Below, in pieces: positions 1 through 8,330 of a stretch of 49,410 bases of DNA. A model generated the notes under the pieces. The model saw only the letters and a program-made list of their open reading frames with translations. It had not been told where the DNA came from and ran no database searches. The first letter of the stretch is position 1. Every line of letters starts with the position of its first letter. Origin of the DNA: Candidatus Woesearchaeota archaeon. Lineage in GTDB: Archaea > Nanobdellota > Nanobdellia > Woesearchaeales > UBA525. The stretch is taken from assembly GCA_014874255.1 (NCBI GenBank), contig JACWAN010000015.1, positions 1 through 49,410 on the forward strand. Direction: 5' to 3'. Position numbers and translations under genes: made by a program.

Positions 1-116
1 ACGAGCGGGTCAGGAGCGCGAGCGACCGAACGAAGTGACTGGGACTCGTGTTCGGAGAACGCGAGGGTCAGGAGCTCGGAGAGCGACTGAGAACAAATTC
101 TCCGCAGCACACCGAG
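1..116 (+). repeat. Family-B modular repeat, 3' part (truncated by window start)
   Basis: CGAGCGGGTCAGGAGCGCGAGCGACCGAACGAAGTGACTGGGA, then hairpin CTCGTGTTC-GGA-GAACGCGAG (45-65), then GGGTCAGGAGCTCGGAGAGCGACTGAGAA. Confidence 0.8.
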
Positions 117-146
117 AAGGATGTATCTTTCTAGAGTCGGCCCGCC

Positions 147-1076
147 CTATCGCCGCCTGACCCGCGACGAGCGCGTCACCATGCTCGGCAGCTTCGGCTG
201 CGGGGCAGGCTCCTCAGGTTCCTTCGGCAGCGGCTTCTCGAGGTGCGCGAGCGAGGACTCGTCATCGAAATCATCGTCGGGCTCCTCTTCCGGCTCGTCC
301 GCAGGCCCCTCTTCCGGCCCGGTCTTCTTCTCCGCCGTCTTCGCGGGCTTCCTGCGTTTCGGCTTCGGCCGGCGGACGATGAAGAACGCGCCGAGCACGA
401 GCACGAGGAGGATGACGAGGAGCACGATGAGGAAGATCAGGGTCGAGCTCAACGGGCTCGATTGCGTCGCTGGTGCGCCCGGCCCTGAAGACGTCGCCGG
501 TTCGGACGGAACGACCGGTTCCGTCGGCCGCGTCTCGTTCTGCGTCACCGTCGCGTTCACAGGCGCGGTGACGTTCTCTGCCGTCGTCGTGTTCTCCGCC
601 GGAACGGTAGTGTTCGCCGTCGTATTCTCCGCTGTCGCGTTCGTCGCTGCCGGCAGGGCGTTCGCGTTGTAGAACGTGAACGTGCCGCCCTTGAAACTCA
701 CGTTCGTGAACTCGAGGTAGAGATCGGTCTTGTTGTCGTTGTTCAGGTCGACCGGGACGCGCTGGCCAAGCGCGATCGAGAGGTATGACTGGCCGTGCAG
801 GACGTCATAGTTCCACGTGCTGCCGAGCTGCGACTTCATGAAATATTCGCGCATGATCGGCAGCCCTCCTGACGTCCGGCCGTAGATGACGCCGAGCACG
901 TCGTTCGGCCGCACGCCGGAGATGACTGTGGGCGCGGTGTCGTTCGGATTGTACGTGAACTCGTACTCGATGCTGCCGCGGGTGATCCCGCTGCCGGTCT
1001 CCGTCACCGTCGCCGCGGAGACGGTCGCAGCGAAGAGGACGAAGACGACGATGCCGACGATGAGGACGCGCTTCAT
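147..1076 (-). CDS. Secreted/membrane-anchored glycoprotein-like protein
   Basis: ORF 147..1190 trimmed to ATG 1076 (MKRVLIVGIVVFVLFAATVSA signal/anchor), with a TATA-like CTTAAAAAGT about 27 nt upstream. About eight N-x-S/T sequons fall within about 40 aa (NATAENTTANTTVPAENTTTAENVTAPVNATVTQNET). C-terminal TM (LIFLIVLLVILLVLVLGAFFIV) followed by a basic then acidic tail. Confidence 0.7.
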   Translation of the reverse strand: MKRVLIVGIVVFVLFAATVSAATVTETGSGITRGSIEYEFTYNPNDTAPTVISGVRPNDVLGVIYGRTSGGLPIMREYFMKSQLGSTWNYDVLHGQSYLSIALGQRVPVDLNNDNKTDLYLEFTNVSFKGGTFTFYNANALPAATNATAENTTANTTVPAENTTTAENVTAPVNATVTQNETRPTEPVVPSEPATSSGPGAPATQSSPLSSTLIFLIVLLVILLVLVLGAFFIVRRPKPKRRKPAKTAEKKTGPEEGPADEPEEEPDDDFDDESSLAHLEKPLPKEPEEPAPQPKLPSMVTRSSRVRRR

Positions 1077-1117
1077 GCCACTCCCCAACGCGTGCCGCCT
1101 TAAAAAGTTGACGGCGA

Positions 1118-1279
1118 CGCTCTTCGGCAAATTCCTGGTCGTTACCGGCTGCTCGGCGTATCGTAGATGTGTTCTACAGCAACGGGTCACCCCGGATGGG
1201 GCGTCCCCCGACCTTCTCCGCTTGTGTCTTCGCCACGCCTCGCCCTTTGGCCGGTAACGACCTCATTTGCTTAAGAGCT
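1118..1279 (-). mobile_element. Family-A MITE-like element, degenerate copy
   Basis: Degenerate TIRs CGCTCTTCGGCAAAT / ATTTGCTTAAGAGCT. Internal GTTACCGGCCAAAGGGCGAGGC ... GCCGAGCAGCCGGTAAC (read on the minus strand). No TSD. Confidence 0.7.
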
Positions 1280-1337
1280 CTTGCACGTCTTGTTAATTCA
1301 GTAACCTTTTTAAGCGGATTTCTGACTCTTGGCGAGG

Positions 1338-4172
1338 ATGGCAGCGACGAAGAAGGCGGCGGCGGAGACCGACGAGAAGGTCTCCGGGAAGGTCGAGAAG
1401 AAGACTTCCGGGAAGGCCGCGACGAAGGCGGCAGGAAAGACCGCGGTTGCCGATGCGCACGCCGAGTCCCGGCAGCGGGAGCGGCTCGACCTGAAAGCGG
1501 TCGCGCTGAAGTGGCAGGCGCGCTGGCAGAAGGATGCGATCTTCCGGACCGAGGACCCACTCACGTCGAAGAAGAAGACCTATTACTGCCTCGAGATGTT
1601 CCCGTATCCCTCAGGATACTTGCACATGGGTCACGTCAGGAACTACTCTTTGGGCGACGTCTACGCGCGGTTCAAGCGGATGAACGGGTTCAACGTCCTG
1701 TATCCGATGGGCTACGATTCCTTCGGCCTGCCCGCGGAGAACGCGGCGATCAAGCACAGGAAGGACCCGCACGAGTGGACCGAGCGCAACATCCACGGCA
1801 TCAAGACGCAGCAGCAGCTGATGGGGCTGAGCTATGACTGGAGCAGAAAGCTCGCGACGAGCCACCCTGACTATTACAAGTGGAACCAGTGGTTCTTCCT
1901 CAAGCTCCTCGAGAAGGGGCTCGCGTACAAGCGGAAGGGCGCGGTCAACTGGTGCCCGGACTGCAACACCGTGCTCGCGAACGAACAAGTGGTCGACGGC
2001 AAGTGCTGGCGCCACCCCGAGACCGAGGTCGAGTCCCGCGACCTCGAACAATGGTACTTCAAGATCACGCAGTACGCGGATGAATTGCTCGCGGACACCG
2101 AGAAGCTGACCGGCTGGCCGGAGCGCGTCCGGACGATGCAGCGGAACTGGATCGGCCGTTCAGAGGGGACAATCATCACGTTCAAGGTGAAATCCTCCGA
2201 TCTCACGCTCGAGACCTTCACGACGAGGCCGGACACCGCTTTCGGCATCACGTACACGGTCATCGCGGCCGAACACCCCGCCATCGAACGGTTGCTCGAA
2301 GGCCTGCCGAAACAGAAGCGGGAGGAAGTCAGGAAATTCATCAAGGAGACGAAGAAGCGGAGCGTCATCGACCGCACGGCGGAAGGCAAGGAGAAGAACG
2401 GCGTCTTCCTCGGACGATGGGCGATCAACCCGTTGACGGGCGAGGAGTTCCCGCTCTGGGTCGCGGACTACGCGCTCGCGGAGTACGGCACGGGTATGGT
2501 GATGGCCGTGCCCGCCCACGACCAACGCGACTTCGAGTTCGCGAAGAAGTACGGGCTGCCCATCAAGGTCGTCATCTCGCCCGACGCGTACACGCTCAAT
2601 CCTGAGAAGATGGCGCGCGCCTACGCCGAGGACGGCGTCCTCGTCAACAGCGGCGAGTTCGATGGCACGAAGAACCAGGAGGCGATGGACCTCATCACCG
2701 CGAAACTGGAGAAGATGGGCGCGGGCAGGAAAGCGGTCAACTACAAGCTGCGCGACTGGCTCGTCTCCAGACAAAGGTACTGGGGCACGCCCATCCCCGT
2801 CGTCTACTGCGGGAAATGCGGCACCGTCCCCGTCCCCGAGAAAGACCTCCCGGTCAAGCTGCCCGAGGGCGCGGACTTCCAGGCGGGCGGCAACCCGCTC
2901 ACCACCGTCAAGGGCTTCGTCGACGTGCAATGCCCGCGGTGCGGCAAGCCCGCGAGAAGGGAGACCGACACGATGGACACGTTCGTCGACAGTTCCTGGT
3001 ACTTCCTCCGCTACTGCGACCCGCACGACGCGAAGCAGCCGTTCGACAAGGAGGCGGCGGGGAAATTCATGCCCGTCGACCAGTACATCGGCGGCATCGA
3101 GCACGCTGTCCTCCACCTGCTCTACGCACGGTTCTTCACGAAAGCGTTGCGCGACCTCGGGCTCGTCGACGTGGACGAGCCGTTCACCCGTTTATTGACG
3201 CTCGGCATGGTGACGAAGGACGGCGCCAAGATGTCAAAATCCCTGGGCAACGTCGTGGATCCGGGCGCGATCATCGACAAGTACGGCCCGGACACCGCGC
3301 GCTTGTTCATCCTCTTCGCCGCCCTCCCCGAGAAAGAATTGGAGTGGAGCGACCAGGGCGTGGAAGCCAGTTATCGGTTCCTCTGCAAAGTGGCGGGCCT
3401 GCTCGACGATGTCGATGCCACGAGCGGGCAGACGAAGCACGACGCCTACGTCCGCTCGAAACTCCACACGGCGATCAAGCGCGCCACGGACGAGTTTGAT
3501 TCGTTCCGGTTCAGCGTCGCAATCCAGCACCTCATGGAGCTCGCGAACACGCTCGCCTCGTACAAGGAGCAGCGGCCGAACAGGGCGCTCTATTACGAGG
3601 CGGTCGACGCATTGCTGCTCCTGCTCTCTCCGGTGGCGCCGCACCTCTCGGAAGAGCTCTGGGAGCGGCGCGGCCACGAAGGATACGCGAGCGTCGCCGC
3701 GTGGCCGACGCACGACGACAAGCTGATCGACGAGAAGGCGGAAGCCGCGTACCAGGCGGTCGAGTCCCTCAAGGCGGACATCCGCACCGTGCTCGCGCTC
3801 GCGAAGATCGGGCAGCCGAAGAGGATTACGCTCTTCCTCGCCGACGGATGGAAGTACTCGTTCGCCGGCAGGATGAAGGAGCTGCTCGCGGAGACGAGCG
3901 ACGCGAAAGCGGTCATCGCAGCATTGATGGGTTCGCCGCTCAAGCAGCACGGCCAGGAACTCATGAAGCTCGTGCCCGCCATCATGAAGGACCGCTCCAA
4001 GCTGCCTGCGATCCTGCTCACGAAGCACGAGGAGCAGGCGCAATACGCCGCGTTCGCGGACGACCTCGCGAAAGAGTTCGGCTGTGCCGTCTCGATCGAG
4101 GACGCCGAGAAGAGCGCAGAGCAGAAGGCGAAGCAGTCCTTCCCCGGCAAGCCCGCGATCCTCGTCGCGTAG
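1338..4172 (+). CDS. leuS: Leucyl-tRNA synthetase, bacterial-type, with Lys/Ala-rich N-terminal extension
   Basis: HIGH motif ([16 protein letters not shown]) and KMSKS motif ([10 protein letters not shown]). Also [19 protein letters not shown]..CWRH and CGKC..CPRC. ATG 1338 lies about 27 nt from the TATA-like CCTTTTTAAG at 1305-1314. The ORF-track start at 1329 is TTG. Confidence 0.93.
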   Translation: [944 protein letters not shown]

Positions 4173-4175
4173 ACG

Positions 4176-4228
4176 CCCTTCCCTTCCCTCTCTCCTCTCT
4201 CTTTTCTCCCCCCTTCCCTTTCTCTCTC
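4176..4228 (+). terminator. 53-nt pure polypyrimidine tract 3' of leuS (candidate terminator)
   Basis: CCCTTCCCTTCCCTCTCTCCTCTCTCTTTTCTCCCCCCTTCCCTTTCTCTCTC begins 4 nt after the stop codon. Confidence 0.5.
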
Positions 4229-4245
4229 GACGCCTCTTCCACAAC

Positions 4246-4257
4246 CTTTTTAAAACA
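4246..4257 (+). promoter_or_regulatory. TATA-like box (leaderless gene 4278)
   Basis: CTTTTTAAAACA lies about 25 nt upstream of the ATG. Confidence 0.55.
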
Positions 4258-4277
4258 GGTTCCGTCGCTCTTTCCGC

Positions 4278-4763
4278 ATGGGTAGGGGGAAGTACCGCAA
4301 GCGCGCAGAAGCGGCGGCCAGCGGCACGGGCGGCGGCACGGCCGGCAACGCGGAGAAGACGGCCGCGACGGTCAACCCGGAGCGGCTCGCGGCGCAGCAG
4401 CGGCGCAGGCGCAAGGTCATCCTGACGTGGAGCATCATCGCCGCCGCGCTCGTCATGGCCGCGGTCATCGTGTGGAGCCTGCTCCCGAAGCCCTCGCCCT
4501 ACATCGGGTTCGCGAAGTGCCTCACCGCCGAGGGCGCGGTGATGTACGGCACGGACTGGTGCACCCACTGCCAGGCGCAGAAGCGCCTGTTCGGCGACGC
4601 GTTCGCGGATGTCGCGTTCGAGAACTGCGACTACGCGGCCGCGTGCCAGGAGAAGAACATCACCGGCTACCCGACGTGGATCCTGCCGGACGGCGAGCGC
4701 CTCGAGGGGATGCAGCCGCTCCAGCTCCTCGCGGACAAGACGGGGTGCAGCCTCCCCGGCTGA
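4278..4763 (+). CDS. Membrane-anchored thioredoxin-like protein (WCTHC), similar to the Trx domain fused to VKOR in some bacteria
   Basis: Basic N-terminus, one TM (ILTWSIIAAALVMAAVIVWSLL), then GAVMYGTDWCTHCQAQKRLFG..C..C..ITGYPTW. TATA-like CTTTTTAAAACA at 4246-4257, about 25 nt upstream of the ATG. Confidence 0.75.
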   Translation: MGRGKYRKRAEAAASGTGGGTAGNAEKTAATVNPERLAAQQRRRRKVILTWSIIAAALVMAAVIVWSLLPKPSPYIGFAKCLTAEGAVMYGTDWCTHCQAQKRLFGDAFADVAFENCDYAAACQEKNITGYPTWILPDGERLEGMQPLQLLADKTGCSLPG

Positions 4764-4835
4764 CGCCGCCGGTCATGGGCGCGTTCATCAGGCTTCCGTT
4801 CAATCGTTTCGACAATCGTTTCGGAGGAGAGAATC

Positions 4836-5690
4836 ATGGCACAGCTTTTCGGGAAGAAGACGCTCGTGGCGACGGCAATCGTCCTCGGCGTGGTCCTCAT
4901 CGTCAACATCGCGCTGCTCGTCGCGGCGAACGTCCGCCTCAACGCGGTCGCGTCCGCTCCTGCGGCCGCCGCCGCGCCCGCGGCGCAGGCGGCTCCCGCG
5001 GCGCCGGTCTCGCTCACAATCATCGACAAGCCCGACTGCCCTGAGTGCCAGAACGCCACGGTCTTCCGCGACGAGCTCGCGCAGATCGGCGTCAACTTCA
5101 GCCGGGTGCAGACCGTCTCGTACGGCTCCTCGCAGGCCTCCTCGCTGATCTCGCAGTACGGCATCACGAAGCTGCCCGCACTGGTCTTCAGCAAGGACCT
5201 CTCCTCGTACCCGAACATCGTCTCGGCGTGGAGCAACATCGGCACGGTCGCCTCCGACGGCTCGTACCTCCTCCAGGGCGCGCTGCCGCCGTACTACGAC
5301 CTGCAGACGAACGCCGTCCGGGGACTGGTCAACGTCACGTACCTGAACGCCTCCTCGTGCCCGAGCTGCTACGACGTGACGCTCCACCGCCAGATCCTCC
5401 AGCGGTTCGGCATGGCCCTCTCGGATGAGCGCGTCGTCGACATCTCCTCTCCCGAGGGGAAGGCGCTCGTCGCGAAGTACAACATCACCGGCGCGCCCAC
5501 GATCCTGCTGACCGGCGACGCCGGCCTCTACCCGAGCTTCTCGCAGGCGTGGCAGAGCGTCGGCACGATGGAGGCGGACGGCACGTACATCTTCCGCAAC
5601 CTGGACGTCCTCGGCTCGACCTACCTGAACCTCTCGTCGGGCAAGACGGTGACGCCCCCGCCGCCGGCAGCGCAGAACGCGACGCACTAG
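4836..5690 (+). CDS. Membrane-anchored protein with two tandem thioredoxin/glutaredoxin-like domains (CPEC and CPSC)
   Basis: N-terminal TM, Ala/Pro linker, then two similar halves (..DCPECQNAT.. and ..SCPSCYDVT..), each followed by YGIT/YNIT-x-P-x-L. GGAGG at 4823-4827 lies 8 nt upstream of the ATG. Confidence 0.7.
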   Translation: MAQLFGKKTLVATAIVLGVVLIVNIALLVAANVRLNAVASAPAAAAAPAAQAAPAAPVSLTIIDKPDCPECQNATVFRDELAQIGVNFSRVQTVSYGSSQASSLISQYGITKLPALVFSKDLSSYPNIVSAWSNIGTVASDGSYLLQGALPPYYDLQTNAVRGLVNVTYLNASSCPSCYDVTLHRQILQRFGMALSDERVVDISSPEGKALVAKYNITGAPTILLTGDAGLYPSFSQAWQSVGTMEADGTYIFRNLDVLGSTYLNLSSGKTVTPPPPAAQNATH

Positions 5691-5696
5691 GCGCGG

Positions 5697-5783
5697 CCCC
5701 TTTCCCTTCCTTTTTTTTCTTCCTTTCTCTCTTCTTTTTCTCTCTTCCTTTTCTCTCTCCCCTCTTCACCCCTCCTCTTCCCC
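5697..5783 (+). terminator. 87-nt polypyrimidine tract (one purine) 3' of gene 4836..5690
   Basis: Pure C/T from 5697 to 5767 including T8 and T5 runs, a single A at 5768, then C/T to 5783. Confidence 0.5.
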
Positions 5784-5924
5784 GCGCCTGAAGGCGATAT
5801 CTGAGATTCAGAAAACTTAAAAATACAAAACAATCCTTATTATACAATAACGTATTAAAAATAAAAAACGACGTTCTTTTTCATGAATCCGGTTTGGACG
5901 GTTGAGCATCGGAAGCGTGGGCGC

Positions 5925-6566
5925 ATGGAGAACAAGCACATCATCGTCGCCGCCGTCGGCGGGGAGGAGGACGCGATCTTCCTCAGCATCAAGGAGTTCC
6001 ACGCCGAGCAGGTCATCCTCATCAGCGAGAAGGAATACGCCAAGGAGGCCGAGCGGATCAAGCGCGACCTCGAGCGCTTCAAGATCGCGTGCAGGATCGA
6101 GATGATGAAAGGCCCGGTCTGGGAGGAGATCTTCCGCATCATCCGCGCCACGGTCGAGCAGGCGCCGGAGCACAGCGAGGTGATCATCAACGTCGCCTCG
6201 GGACGCGGCCTGATGAACTGCGCCTCGACGAGCGCGGCCTTCGTCAACGGCCTCAAGGCGTTCGGCATCAACGACAAGGGCGAGGTGATGCTCCTCCCCG
6301 TGCTCAAGTTCAACTACTACACGCTGCTCAGCGACCGGAAGATGAAGCTCCTCAAGATCCTCGCGGACCGGGACTGCTGCTCCTCCCTGGAAGAGCTCGC
6401 CGACCGCGCGAAGATGAGCCTCTCCCTCGTCAGCTACCACATCAACGGCAACCTGAAGAGCGACGGCCTCCTCCAGCTCGGCCTCGTCGAGACGAAGGAG
6501 CAGAACAGGCGGGTGCACGTCGAGCTCACCACGATGGGCAAGCTCCTCCTCAAAGGCTACGTCTGA
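5925..6566 (+). CDS. Transcriptional regulator: Rossmann-like (Csa3/CARF-like?) N-domain plus C-terminal winged HTH
   Basis: MENKHIIVAAVGGEEDAI..VIINVASGRGLM N-domain. C-terminal LSDRKMKLLKILADRDCCSSLEELADRAKMSLSLVSYHINGNLKSDGLL resembles an ArsR-type wHTH. Alternative ATG at 5883. A very AT-rich promoter region lies at 5820-5880. Confidence 0.65.
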   Translation: MENKHIIVAAVGGEEDAIFLSIKEFHAEQVILISEKEYAKEAERIKRDLERFKIACRIEMMKGPVWEEIFRIIRATVEQAPEHSEVIINVASGRGLMNCASTSAAFVNGLKAFGINDKGEVMLLPVLKFNYYTLLSDRKMKLLKILADRDCCSSLEELADRAKMSLSLVSYHINGNLKSDGLLQLGLVETKEQNRRVHVELTTMGKLLLKGYV

Positions 6567-6580
6567 GACAATGCTTCAAG

Positions 6581-6792
6581 CATCATCGCCGCCGGCCAAA
6601 GGGCGAGCGTTGCGAAGAGGAGAGCGAAGGCCGACGTGGAGGTTGGTTCCGAGGCTCCGAGGAACCTGGGAACGGAGTGACCTTGCCCCGTACGGGGACG
6701 AGTCCCCTCGACGAGAACAGCGATACGCGAGCATGTCTGAGCCATACGAGGACGGGCAGGAGCGTCAGCGACTGCAGCCCGCGGCGATGATG
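6581..6792 (+). repeat. Hybrid A/B-type structured repeat
   Basis: Perfect 12-bp closing helix CATCATCGCCGC / GCGGCGATGATG. A-like CGGCCAAAGGGCGAGCG, B-like GGTTCC..GGAACC hairpin, central GACCTTGCCCCGTACGGGGACGAG, B-like GGGCAGGAGCGTCAGCGACTG. Confidence 0.75.
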
Positions 6793-6819
6793 CCGCCGCG
6801 CCGGAAAGCGCCGCAACCG

Positions 6820-6829
6820 TTATAAAACA
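6820..6829 (+). promoter_or_regulatory. TATA-like box (leaderless gene 6849)
   Basis: TTATAAAACA lies about 25 nt upstream of the ATG. Confidence 0.55.
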
Positions 6830-6848
6830 CCTCTCTTCTTCCCGTGCC

Positions 6849-7601
6849 ATGCCGGACGACAAGAAGGCGAAGAAGGCGGAAACGAAGAAGGAAGCCGGGG
6901 CGGCAGCCTCCGCTGACAAGACGACGGAGCCCGAGAAGGGCGAGTGGCTCGAGAACGTCATCGCGTTCGCCGTCGTCGCGCTCCTCGTCCTCGGCGTCTG
7001 CGCGTACATCTTCCACTGGTTCCCGTTCAACCAGGCGGCGGCGCAGGTCTCCATCCCGGACCAGATATTCCCGGTGACGGACGGCGCGAACCCCGCCTTG
7101 GGGAACGACACCGCGAACGTGACGATGATCGAGTTCGCGGACTACCAATGCAGCGCCTGCGCCGCGTTCCAGCGCGACACGTTCCCGCAGATCAAACGCG
7201 ACTACATCGACACCGGCAAGATCCGGTACGTCTTCCGCGACTTCCCCCTCGAGCAGATCCACCCGTACGCGGACGAGGCGGCATTGGCGGCGGCGTGCGC
7301 CGAGGAGCAGGGCGAGTTCTGGCAGTTCCACGACGCGCTCTACAACATCTCGGACAAGCTGAGCGACCCCGCCATCAAGGCGCTCGCGCCGCAGCTCGGC
7401 CTCAACGACTCGCAGTTCGAGGAGTGCCTCTCCAGCGGCCGCTACCTCGACAAGGTGCGCGCGGACTACGTCGACGGCATCAACGACGGCGGCGTCACCG
7501 CGACCCCGACGTTCTTCATCGGCGGCAAGCGGATCATCGGCGGCCAGCCCTACGCGACCTTCCAGCAGGCGATCGACGCCGCGCTGGAAGCGAAAAAGTG
7601 A
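6849..7601 (+). CDS. DsbA-like thiol:disulfide oxidoreductase, membrane anchored
   Basis: Lys-rich N-terminus, TM (VIAFAVVALLVLGVCAYIF), then VTMIEFADYQCSACAAF..IRYVFRDFPL..TPTFFIGG, typical of the DsbA/BdbD family. TATA-like TTATAAAACA at 6820-6829. Confidence 0.8.
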   Translation: MPDDKKAKKAETKKEAGAAASADKTTEPEKGEWLENVIAFAVVALLVLGVCAYIFHWFPFNQAAAQVSIPDQIFPVTDGANPALGNDTANVTMIEFADYQCSACAAFQRDTFPQIKRDYIDTGKIRYVFRDFPLEQIHPYADEAALAAACAEEQGEFWQFHDALYNISDKLSDPAIKALAPQLGLNDSQFEECLSSGRYLDKVRADYVDGINDGGVTATPTFFIGGKRIIGGQPYATFQQAIDAALEAKK

Positions 7602-7628
7602 AAAAGGCGTTCCGCGGCTGAAGCCCTC

Positions 7629-8297
7629 ATGCGCGCACCCCGTCCCCGTTCTTGGCATCTCTCCTTCGCGCTCCTCGTCGTCGCGCTCGTCTCGCTCTCC
7701 TTCCTCGCCGCGTGCAGCCGGCAGCAGCCCGTGCAGGAGCAGCAGCCGGACGTCCAGACCGCATCCTTCATCAGGGACCTCGTCGACCAGAACACGCAGC
7801 TCCGCGACGAGAACGACCAGCTCCGGGGCACGCTCCTCCAGTACTCGTCGGTCATCACCGAGCAGAACGCGACGCTCGCGAGCTACTTCGACCAGCTCCG
7901 CCAGGAAGCCAACCGGTCGCGCGACCTGCCGCACCCGTACGCGCGCATCCCCCTCCAGGACGTCCACGTCTACAATTCCCGGGTGGTGATTGACGTGCCC
8001 GGCGCGATCCCGGTGCTGCTCGCGGACACGCACAGCATGGACCCCCTCGCGGACAACGACTCGAAGGTGATCGCCGTCGCCCCCCAGGACGAGCGGGACA
8101 TCTACGTCGGCGACATCGTCGGCTACCATTGCTCGTCATGCAACGCCACCGAGGTGATCATGCACCGCGTCGTCGCCATCGGCACCGACTCCGAGGGCAC
8201 GTACTACACGCTGAAGGGCGACAACAACGTCGTCCCCGACCCGGACAAGGTGCGCTTCAGCCAGATCCGCACGGTCGTCGTCGGGATCATCTACTGA
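7629..8297 (+). CDS. Type I signal peptidase (S26, archaeal/ER Ser-His type) with N-terminal anchor and coiled coil
   Basis: THSMDP (SxxP Ser box), IMHRVV (His box), GDNNVVPD box. N-terminal hydrophobic segment ends in LAAC. Starts 27 nt after the DsbA-like gene. Confidence 0.7.
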   Translation: MRAPRPRSWHLSFALLVVALVSLSFLAACSRQQPVQEQQPDVQTASFIRDLVDQNTQLRDENDQLRGTLLQYSSVITEQNATLASYFDQLRQEANRSRDLPHPYARIPLQDVHVYNSRVVIDVPGAIPVLLADTHSMDPLADNDSKVIAVAPQDERDIYVGDIVGYHCSSCNATEVIMHRVVAIGTDSEGTYYTLKGDNNVVPDPDKVRFSQIRTVVVGIIY

Positions 8298-8330
8298 GCG
8301 CGCCCTCCCCTCTTCATTCTTCTTCCCAGT

